From Hyperthermus butylicus DSM 5456 (GTDB taxonomy: Archaea > Thermoproteota > Thermoprotei_A > Sulfolobales > Pyrodictiaceae), in NCBI RefSeq assembly GCF_000015145.1, contig NC_008818.1:1170001-1202000 (forward strand): DNA of 32,000 nt. Reading direction: 5' to 3'. Position numbers and translations under genes: made by a program. The notes under the pieces are model-generated. The model worked only from the letters and a program-made list of their open reading frames with translations. It did no database searches and was not told the origin of the DNA. Of the stretch, positions 8,528 through 15,129 are shown piece after piece; the stretch's first letter is position 1; every line of letters starts with the position of its first letter.

Positions 8528-9075
8528 CCTGCATATCTACTAGTTCTATAGATCCAGTCAACCCACAGTGTTGCAACCAGTAGTATCATGAAAGCGCCGC
8601 CAAGCACGTCGTGGAAGAAACGGAACGCTGCATAGCCCTGCACAACGCCAGCAACTCCGGACACAAACATGCGGACTATGTTAGCGAAGAAGAGGATTGT
8701 CGATCCCACAATGCCTGCCTTCACTTTCTGCCACTTACTAATCCTCGGGGTAAAAACTACGAGTAGGATGTAGACAATTAGAGAGTATATGCCAACGCAG
8801 GAAGGAGTGAGCACTATTGTGACAACATTCCCCCCTCCCCAGATCATGAGTGCATTATGGGCTACATCAATCACATTAATGCCCAGCGCTTTATAGGAGA
8901 GGATCATCACCCTCTTCTCAATCAACACTACTGGCTTGTAGAGAGACGTAAATATAATGACGTAGAGTATTACCGTTATCACTGCTATGGAGACTAATAA
9001 GCTATAGAAGCTATTGGTGCGAGCTTTTCTAATCACTGTAGAACCTCTCGTACTTACCCCTCTTGCTCGTAACAT
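8518..9075 (-). CDS. exosortase/archaeosortase-family protein (small, ~5 TM)
   Basis: The sequence LTPSCVGIYSL ... FFANIVRMF ... FFHDVLGG gives a Cys, an Arg 42 residues later and a His 20 residues after that, all at membrane-helix ends. This is the Cys/Arg/His layout of the EpsH/archaeosortase family. An alternative start at GTG 9036 would overlap the GT2 stop by 8 nt. Confidence 0.6.
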   Translation of the reverse strand: MLRARGVSTRGSTVIRKARTNSFYSLLVSIAVITVILYVIIFTSLYKPVVLIEKRVMILSYKALGINVIDVAHNALMIWGGGNVVTIVLTPSCVGIYSLIVYILLVVFTPRISKWQKVKAGIVGSTILFFANIVRMFVSGVAGVVQGYAAFRFFHDVLGGAFMILLVATLWVDWIYRTSRYAGWP

Positions 9076-10372
9076 GCCATACCGCCCTCCTCGTAATCAA
9101 GTATTTTAAGGTCCCTATAGCATGGATTAAGGCAGTATAATATATCATCAAGATCATGTACCCTGCAACCACTACACTATTCATATAACCGCATTTCTCA
9201 AGTATGCACCCGGCAACTACGAGAGTTTCAATGCCAATCAGCCATAAATAGACTCCTATAGGCCATACAAGCTCCAGCCGCCCATAGCCTGCTAAAGCTA
9301 GGATCAAAGGCACAATTGTATTCACGTAAACCCATAACCCATTTGTGAAGAAGAGCCCTTGCAGTATATACCCGATCTTCTCGGTAAATGTGAGGTTTTC
9401 ACTGCTAACAGCATCAACGAACGTTTTGAAGAACTCGTCAAGTGTTCCTACGGACCATCTTATCTGCTGCCTCCAGAAGGCGCGTTGAGTCCTAGGCACG
9501 GAGCCGTTAGCGTATGCTTCATGAGAAGCTATAACCTTCAGGTTTGGAATGCTTAATGCCGCGTCAATCGTGAGCCTGAAGTCCTCTGATAAACTGCCCT
9601 CCCTAAACCTCACAGCCTCCAATACACGTCTACTTATCAGGCCGCATGAACCTGTGAAGAAGGGGAATAACCTCAGCCAGTATCTTCCAACAATGTTGAT
9701 TATCGCGCCCGCCATGGATGCACGATAGAGAAGGCCGAATAAAGTGTTAGAGCCCTTCACATGCCTCTGGTAGCCCTGTACAATATCGGCCTCCTCGTCA
9801 AAGGCGAGCTCGACAAGCTTTAAAACCATGTCGGAGGGAGGCTCGAAGTCGGCGTCCAGGATAAGTATGTAGTCAACGTTATACATTTCGAGAAGGATCT
9901 CTATAGCCTCATTTAAAGCACCAGCTTTAAGGCCTTTCCTCCCCTCTCTTTTAAGGTGGAGTATTCTACCATTACTTCTCACCGAGATATTGGAAATTTC
10001 ATGCGATAAGCTTGAGTCGGTTGAATCGTCAACCACTATCGTTATTACGTACGGGTAGTCTATCCTCATAATAGCCTCAAGAGAGGAGAGCACCTCGTAA
10101 TCGTTATAGACGGGCACTATTATACCTACCCTCGGCCATCCATAGGGCGACATCTTCCTAATGTAGCCTCTAGGCCTCGGAGAACCGTTCATTAAGAATT
10201 CAATGAAAGACGATATGTAGAAGACAGCATATACTCCAAGAACTGCGCTGGAGATAACGTAGAGAATGAAGAGTATATCTATGGCGGTTTCTCTAAGGAC
10301 TATAGGCCACCAGTATAGCTCCTTAAAGAAATACTCTATAACCGCATCTTCAAAGAAGCCCATAGCTCTCAC
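9029..10372 (-). CDS. family-2 glycosyltransferase, processive beta-glycan synthase type (cellulose/chitin-synthase-like)
   Basis: There are two N-terminal TM helices. GT-A core motifs are VGIIVPVYND, VVDDSTD, KAGALNEAIE, ILDADFEP (DxD), SLSEDFRL (ED) and RQQIRWSVG (QxxRW), followed by four C-terminal TM helices. The likely start is ATG 10363, preceded by GGTGA with a 5-nt spacer. Confidence 0.85.
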   Translation of the reverse strand: MRAMGFFEDAVIEYFFKELYWWPIVLRETAIDILFILYVISSAVLGVYAVFYISSFIEFLMNGSPRPRGYIRKMSPYGWPRVGIIVPVYNDYEVLSSLEAIMRIDYPYVITIVVDDSTDSSLSHEISNISVRSNGRILHLKREGRKGLKAGALNEAIEILLEMYNVDYILILDADFEPPSDMVLKLVELAFDEEADIVQGYQRHVKGSNTLFGLLYRASMAGAIINIVGRYWLRLFPFFTGSCGLISRRVLEAVRFREGSLSEDFRLTIDAALSIPNLKVIASHEAYANGSVPRTQRAFWRQQIRWSVGTLDEFFKTFVDAVSSENLTFTEKIGYILQGLFFTNGLWVYVNTIVPLILALAGYGRLELVWPIGVYLWLIGIETLVVAGCILEKCGYMNSVVVAGYMILMIYYTALIHAIGTLKYLITRRAVWHVTSKRGKYERFYSD

Positions 10373-10375
10373 CCG

Positions 10376-11569
10376 CTATTTTCTCGCACATATCTCAAGA
10401 AGGACATCTCTCCAGCCCCTATCCCGGAGAAGACTTGTCAAGTCCTCGAGGCCCACTAGGCTAATCTTGTAACGTTTTGCAACAGCCTCGACTTCAACAC
10501 CTTCATTAAGCTCTCTTACAACCCTGCAAAAATCGTCATCTCTTCTAGCTAAGCCCTCTATAAGCCTCCGTAACCCTTGTTCCCCCCTCAAATAGTAGTA
10601 CTTGTATTTCTTCCACTTGAAGGATGATATTATGCCCCGTGACTCGAGAACATAGATATGCCAAGAGAGAACAGCTTTACCTAGGCCTGTAAGTCTAACC
10701 AGCTCGTTTAGATGGGCAAACCCTTTCTCGCTAAGTATTGATACTAAATATTTCCTAGTACTATGCCTAAGTGCTTTTTCTGGATTAATGCGCCAGTATA
10801 GTATGATTACATACCGTATCTTACGCTGTATTCTCTCCAAATACCTGCTATTAGCCTGTGATGCCTCTAGAAGCCCCATAGCGCCAAGTATTATAAGGGC
10901 ACCTAAGCCCCTCCTATACCACGTAGAGGAAGGTGTCTCGACATTCATGCTTTCAAGAGCTTCTAGTAAAAGCTCCAGGTAGACGTTGTCCCTAGTATCA
11001 TAGTAGGCCCAGACGATGTTAAATGGTATAACTACTAGTAAACCTTCCCCTACTCTTACCCTGTAAAAAGACCCATGCTCATGGACTTGATCTCCTAGAA
11101 TCCCTACTACACGATATTTGCTCACGTTGTAGCCTCTAGGCATATTGATAGGTCCACCAACCAAGTTATCAATGATCCTTACAGGCAGGTCGTATTGGGA
11201 TAGAGCGGGCTTTAGCATCATGACACCATTGTAGGTAGTGACCACGATGCCACTGCCTAACATGAATGTCACGAGCTTCCTGGAGATCATTAAAATTTCC
11301 CGCTCTTCTTCGGGCTTCCAGTTAGGGTCTAGAAGCACTACAACATCCTCAGAAGGGTTGAGCCTCACCTTCCCAAGCTCGCGCAGGCCTACAACACTAT
11401 AGTTTACAGTCACACCGCTAGCCCTGCTGAAATTGAGGAAACTCCTTAAGTAGAAGAAATCATAATCGTCGGTAACCACATACAATATGCTTCTCGAAGA
11501 CGAATCATGCGTAGAAGCAATAGTGAGACTAGCCACCCATACCGGCGACACTAGCACTAGGATAACCAA
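10376..11569 (-). CDS. membrane-tethered winged-helix protein with an extracytoplasmic domain (DUF4350-like, from memory)
   Basis: The layout is an N-terminal hydrophobic segment, a ~215 aa domain (VVVLLDPNWKPEEEREIL...GSGIVVT), a TM helix (GLGALIILGAMGLL), then a cytoplasmic wHTH (RKYLVSILSEKGFAHLNELVRLTGLGKAVLSWHIYVLESRGIISSF). The N-terminus is unresolved; see the T8 tract at 11583-11590. Confidence 0.65.
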   Translation of the reverse strand: MVILVLVSPVWVASLTIASTHDSSSRSILYVVTDDYDFFYLRSFLNFSRASGVTVNYSVVGLRELGKVRLNPSEDVVVLLDPNWKPEEEREILMISRKLVTFMLGSGIVVTTYNGVMMLKPALSQYDLPVRIIDNLVGGPINMPRGYNVSKYRVVGILGDQVHEHGSFYRVRVGEGLLVVIPFNIVWAYYDTRDNVYLELLLEALESMNVETPSSTWYRRGLGALIILGAMGLLEASQANSRYLERIQRKIRYVIILYWRINPEKALRHSTRKYLVSILSEKGFAHLNELVRLTGLGKAVLSWHIYVLESRGIISSFKWKKYKYYYLRGEQGLRRLIEGLARRDDDFCRVVRELNEGVEVEAVAKRYKISLVGLEDLTSLLRDRGWRDVLLEICARK

Positions 11570-11582
11570 TGCCCACAGGAGG

Positions 11583-11590
11583 AAAAAAAA
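11583..11590 (-). other. A8 (+) / T8 (-) homopolymer forming a U_UUU_UUU slippery heptamer between ATG 11604 and the long ORF
   Basis: Minus strand reads ATGAGGTCTCCACGTTTTTTTTCCTCCTGTGGGCATTGGTT. The ATG frame stops at 11557-11559. Shifting -1 within the T run enters the long ORF frame. Confidence 0.7.
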
Positions 11591-11600
11591 CGTGGAGACC

Positions 11601-12350
11601 TCATAAACCCTCCACCACCCTATCCCTCGCCTTCACCGCTCTCCCTACCACAGCCAGCAGCGACGCTGCTAGAGCTAGCCCTACAAGGCTTAAAGGCGAC
11701 CCTAGCTCAGGAACCTCAGCACCATTAATGTACGCTGTTGCCGCGGCGCCTATAGCATACTCCGATGATGAAAGGTCTATATTAAGTGGCGTTGATGTGG
11801 TAGGCCTTACCCCCACGACCCTTATTTCGCTATCGTCATTACCATTTATAATAGTTGTTCCGTTAAAGGTGAACTGCGTCCACCCGCTAGGTGATCGAAG
11901 CACCCTGATCTCAACAGTAGAGTGGATCGAGCTTACATCGACCTTAAAGTTGGCTTTCTCTATCTGCGTATTCTCTGCAACTAGGACGCCATTAATATAG
12001 ATTGATTCGACGCTCACCTTTCTCCAATCAAGCCATCCATCACTACCTATCCAGATGTGCGCCTTACCAGGAGCCTCATCACTAATATGTACTTCCACTT
12101 CATCCTCGGGGTTCACATCTATCCAACCTAAACCACTTACTTTCATCCGACCTCCCTGGACAACCCTCATTTGCATCACACCATCAACAATCCATGCACG
12201 CCCATCCGTGTTTAACTCGAACTGCTTATAGTCTCCCCTCGAGCGTGCTGGCTGGGCTAAAGCTGGTACCGCAACCAGCAATGCTAATAGCACGGCAACA
12301 ACTACCATTCTTTTCATTGCCTTCTGCATACGCCTGCTCACCTTCAACAC
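11601..12350 (-). CDS. secreted beta-rich protein with C-terminal PEP-CTERM-like sorting signal (putative archaeosortase substrate)
   Basis: The signal peptide is MQKAMKRMVVVAVLLALLVAVPALA|QPA. The likely start is ATG 12329, with GGTGA 8 nt upstream. The C-terminus reads ..NGAEVPELGSP-LSLVGLALAASLLAVVG-RAVKARDR, which is a motif, a TM helix and a basic cluster. Confidence 0.75.
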   Translation of the reverse strand: MLKVSRRMQKAMKRMVVVAVLLALLVAVPALAQPARSRGDYKQFELNTDGRAWIVDGVMQMRVVQGGRMKVSGLGWIDVNPEDEVEVHISDEAPGKAHIWIGSDGWLDWRKVSVESIYINGVLVAENTQIEKANFKVDVSSIHSTVEIRVLRSPSGWTQFTFNGTTIINGNDDSEIRVVGVRPTTSTPLNIDLSSSEYAIGAAATAYINGAEVPELGSPLSLVGLALAASLLAVVGRAVKARDRVVEGL

Positions 12351-12355
12351 CCTTC

Positions 12356-12366
12356 AAAAATTAAAT
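12356..12366 (-). promoter_or_regulatory. TATA-like box (minus strand ATTTAATTTTT) for the five-gene operon
   Basis: This A/T box is centred about 32 nt upstream of ATG 12329, which implies a very short leader. It also places the TTG at 12350 upstream of the likely transcription start. Confidence 0.3.
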
Positions 12367-12461
12367 CGACATGTACTTAAAGATCTTATAGTCCGATCCG
12401 CACAAGCCATCGCTAACCATTAAACACGATTATTCAGTACACCTGTTTAATAGCTACGTGT

Positions 12462-12548
12462 CTAGGGGTTCAGTGGGCGTAGTCTTTTAAGCGGCTTTTC
12501 CGGCATCAATACGTCGCCCTTATACCTCACCCTAACAATCTTAGACAT
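12462..12548 (-). CDS. 28-aa ORF resembling the N-terminus of DUF104/AF2212-like (VapB-type) antitoxins, probably a remnant
   Basis: MSKIVRVRYKGDVLMPEKPLKRLRPLNP* was compared from memory with the DUF104 pattern M..I.A.Y.nGVlkPl.... It is too short for the family, and no PIN-domain gene follows. Confidence 0.25.
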   Translation of the reverse strand: MSKIVRVRYKGDVLMPEKPLKRLRPLNP

Positions 12549-12607
12549 TTCTTCGCACCCCGTGTTGAATATTACCCCCGCAAGCCAATTAGTCTTCCCA
12601 GCCTAGG

Positions 12608-12690
12608 ATGTTTCCAGATTATCAACAATGATACCCCAAGGGATAACCGTTTGTGAAGAGTGTTTCCAACTGATGGTTTCCTCTGGAAAC
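12608..12690 (+). repeat. four GTTTCC motifs (two TGTTTCCA direct copies plus the hairpin GTTTCC-TCT-GGAAAC)
   Basis: Read directly: aTGTTTCCAg (12609-12616), gTGTTTCCAa (12660-12667) and GGTTTCCTCTGGAAACG (12675-12691). Confidence 0.8.
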
Positions 12691-12705
12691 GTAGTTTTTA
12701 ATAAC

Positions 12706-12764
12706 CCGGGCCTTTGGAGCCCCCGGGGGTCCCCCGGGTCCCTAATCCAGGCGGGCCCCCCACA
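12706..12764 (+). repeat. degenerate direct copy of tRNA-Arg anticodon arm to 3' end (putative decayed att site)
   Basis: ccgggcctttggagcccccgggggtcccccgggtccctaatccaggcgggccccccaca was aligned with tRNA 3711-3762, ccggcctccggagccggaggtcccgggttcaaatcccggcgggcccgccaca. 45 of 52 positions are identical, with four small C/G-run insertions. No 5' half of a tRNA is present. Confidence 0.6.
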
Positions 12765-12971
12765 CTAATGCCCCTATATAAAGCCTGTCCTTTTCTGAAG
12801 AGTAGAATTCTACATGACCAGCCACAAAAGCTCTACCACCAATACCACCAGACGTGCAAGCAGCCACTATCACGAGGAGTGTACGGGTACAACCCACGTG
12901 AAAGAGGAGAACAATGAGCCTTACCACAATAGGTGGCATTGAATGATAGTGTTGTATTGAGGTACATCTTA

Positions 12972-13241
12972 CTAGTTGTACATGACAATCTCTCTGACGA
13001 AGCTGCATAACGGGTTGCTCCTACACGCAGTTTTCGCGGTTTTCTCGTACTCGTTTAATAGCGTCTTTCTTAGCAGTGCCTCGGGGTCTATTCCGGCCTC
13101 TTTGCTTGTCTCCTTGACCAGGTTGTAGATGTGCTGAACTTGTACTTTGATATGCTTCAGCGCTTGTCTCGAAGCTTTCAGCCCTTTAATGGCGTCGTCA
13201 AGACTCTCCAACAACTTCTGAATGCTAGCGTTTTTCGGCAT
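12972..13241 (-). CDS. hypothetical small alpha-helical protein
   Basis: 89-aa ORF with an ATG start and a Lys/Glu-rich, helix-like composition. No motif recognised. Confidence 0.45.
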   Translation of the reverse strand: MPKNASIQKLLESLDDAIKGLKASRQALKHIKVQVQHIYNLVKETSKEAGIDPEALLRKTLLNEYEKTAKTACRSNPLCSFVREIVMYN

Positions 13242-13334
13242 TTGAAGCCATACTAATAGGATGGTTAACCCGTTAAGTGTGGATGCTCTATCACCATAGC
13301 GTTCTGCTACTCTCTGTGCTCTCTCTAAGGTTGT

Positions 13335-13826
13335 CTATAGGTTCGCCCTGCCTAGGAGCTTGTCAAGAGAAACCTTGACCTCAACAACTACCAGTTCGTC
13401 TTCTCGATAGCCTACGAAGTCAACTTCGCCTATATCTCCTCCTATGCGGGACAAGGGCCTATACCTTTTCGCCAACAGAAGCGTTACCGTTACTTGCTCA
13501 AGAAGGACTCCCTGATATTTATCCTCCAACCTCTTAAGATCTTCATAGTAGGTTTTTACCACTGGTAGTGCGAGACTATAGCCTAAACGTACGAGGCTGA
13601 CCAGTGTCCGTATAAGCTGTGTGATTTGGATTCCATGCTCGCTCGCCACGCATACTTTGTTTAGCTGCCCCACGATCTTTTCAAGATTCAGAATACTCTT
13701 TTCCACTGCCCTTTCCCAAGCTTTGCGATCTACATAGCCTAGGAGAAAGCTTAGGGCTGCCTTGCGGGCATAACTTTGCTCCATGCGCTTCTCCAGGGCG
13801 AGGTACAGGAGGCCCGCCAACACCAC
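13335..13826 (-). CDS. hypothetical protein with C-terminal PD-(D/E)xK-like motif (DUF234-like end), possibly 5'-frameshifted
   Basis: The C-terminus IGGDIGEVDFVGYREDELVVVEVK fits the D...E-x-K nuclease-fold pattern. The ORF 13751..14023 in another frame abuts it, which suggests a disrupted longer gene. Confidence 0.4.
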   Translation of the reverse strand: MVLAGLLYLALEKRMEQSYARKAALSFLLGYVDRKAWERAVEKSILNLEKIVGQLNKVCVASEHGIQITQLIRTLVSLVRLGYSLALPVVKTYYEDLKRLEDKYQGVLLEQVTVTLLLAKRYRPLSRIGGDIGEVDFVGYREDELVVVEVKVSLDKLLGRANL

Positions 13827-14211
13827 TCCGAAGAACAGTGTGTTACGCCTATCCCTACATGCCTATGCTGGTTGGTTGGTACCCAGCCAGACTCTATGAA
13901 GAACTTTGTGAACAAGTCGGGCGAGACGCTGCCGAAGAGTAGCCAGATAAGCATCACCCGGCGTGTGAGCACCCCAAGCGCGTAGGGCTCTAGGTCATGC
14001 GAAAACCAACACACCCAAACCACCTTACAGCACAGCCAAATCAGCCAAGAGTATTAAGGTGTTAACTCCTAGCCAGGCATTAGCTGAAACCCTGGACCCC
14101 GCTACCAGTATCGCTTAGACGGTATCAGGGCAGTGCTTTTCTCGGATAAGGCTGGGATGCCGTCTAGCTGTCTAGGTGTAGGGGATTTAGCCGTTAGCGT
14201 TACCGCATTGA

Positions 14212-15129
14212 ATGCCGTGGGGGGCTAGGGACGTGGTGGGGCTTCCAGGGGAGCTGCTTCGGAGTGCCGAGGAGTTTTGCCGGGATGAGTTGTACAGTAG
14301 CATGATTTACCGGGCGCTAGCTGAGATTGAGAAGGATCCACACCGCCGGAAGCTCTTGGAAAAAATCGCGGAACAGGAGTACGAGCACTACCTGTTCTGG
14401 CGCAAGCTCCTCGGACGTGACTGTAGCGTTGGAAGACCCCGGGTTGGCCTCATGGCTGCCGGCTACCGGCTCCTCGGACCAGCATTTACGCTACGACTCC
14501 TAGAGCGGGGCGAAAGAGAAACCATTCGGAAGTACAGGGAGATGCTTCTCCACCTCCCGGGGGCCGAGAGGGCTAAGCTCGAGGAAATCATAAGGGATGA
14601 GAAGGAGCATGAGAGGAGGCTGTTAGAGGAGCTTGAAGATGCCAGGATAAAGTACCTGGGCTACGTGGCCCTAGGCCTCGCAGACGCAATAGTCGAGATA
14701 ACCGGTGTACACACAGGCTTCCTCGGCGCAACCTCGAACACAATCGTGGCCGGCGTGGCCGGCCTCGTCGTAGGCTTCTCAGCCGCAATGTCAATGGCCG
14801 GCGCAGCATACATACAAGCAAAACACAGCAAAGAGGAGAACCCGCCCGTAAGCGCCATAGTAACCGGGATAAGCTACATACTCTCCGTAGTCCTCCTAGC
14901 ACTACCCTACTTCCTCACCAAAAGCATGCTGCTAAGCTTCACAGCAAGCATACTCGTTGGGATCACCTTGACGGGAGCCTTCACCTACTATAGCACGGTA
15001 ATCCAGGAGAAACCATTCACAAGAGAATTAGCCGAGAGCACCGCCCTACTCCTAGGCACAGCAGCCGCAAGCTACGCCTTCGGAGAACTACTAGGAACGA
15101 TACTAGGCATAAAAGGCATAATAGAATAG
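14212..15129 (+). CDS. VIT1/CCC1-family Fe/Mn transporter with N-terminal ferritin-like (rubrerythrin-type) domain
   Basis: The N-terminal domain has paired E..EEYEHY and DEKEHERRL metal-binding motifs. The C-terminal part has the GLADAIVEITGV...GFSAAMSMAGAAYIQ membrane domain typical of VIT1. Confidence 0.85.
   Translation: MPWGARDVVGLPGELLRSAEEFCRDELYSSMIYRALAEIEKDPHRRKLLEKIAEQEYEHYLFWRKLLGRDCSVGRPRVGLMAAGYRLLGPAFTLRLLERGERETIRKYREMLLHLPGAERAKLEEIIRDEKEHERRLLEELEDARIKYLGYVALGLADAIVEITGVHTGFLGATSNTIVAGVAGLVVGFSAAMSMAGAAYIQAKHSKEENPPVSAIVTGISYILSVVLLALPYFLTKSMLLSFTASILVGITLTGAFTYYSTVIQEKPFTRELAESTALLLGTAAASYAFGELLGTILGIKGIIE

Larger units (their letters stand above)
3763..12705. mobile_element. 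remnant of a tRNA-Arg-integrated element (~8.9 kb) with decayed recombinases and a low-GC cargo operon
   Basis: It is bounded by the intact tRNA-Arg(CCG) 3' part (3711-3762) and a degenerate direct copy at 12706-12764. An integrase pseudogene lies immediately next to the tRNA. Composition is mosaic. Confidence 0.55.

Noticed and set aside
11569-12000. ORF 11569..12000 (+), antisense to the secreted-protein gene, and 10788..10982, 10266..10472, 9359..9556, 7196..7408 and 7878..8078 (+)
   Set aside because: They are antisense to long, well-structured minus-strand genes. They have no motifs and show Ser/Thr/Leu-rich antisense-type composition.
12650-12710. Possible C/D-box sRNA (GTGAAGA ... CTGA ... 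), and other RUGAUGA-like hits at 15871-15877 (-), 16270-16277 (+) and 1634-1640 (+)
   Set aside because: None has a properly spaced terminal CUGA D box or the C'/D' pair. Each candidate contains a mismatch in the C box.
12714-13008. ORFs 12714..12917 (+) and 12742..13008 (-), and a 44-aa ORF at 12814..12948 downstream of a CTATATAAAG box
   Set aside because: They overlap the tRNA-remnant repeat and each other and have no recognisable features. The TATA-like box is real sequence, but one box plus a short His/Thr-rich ORF is not enough to call a gene.
14170-14211. GGGGATTT at about 14181-14188 as a second tRNA-half (att) remnant for tRNA-Arg(TCG)
   Set aside because: Only an 8-mer matches the T-loop region, and the flanks do not align. 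This is compatible with chance.
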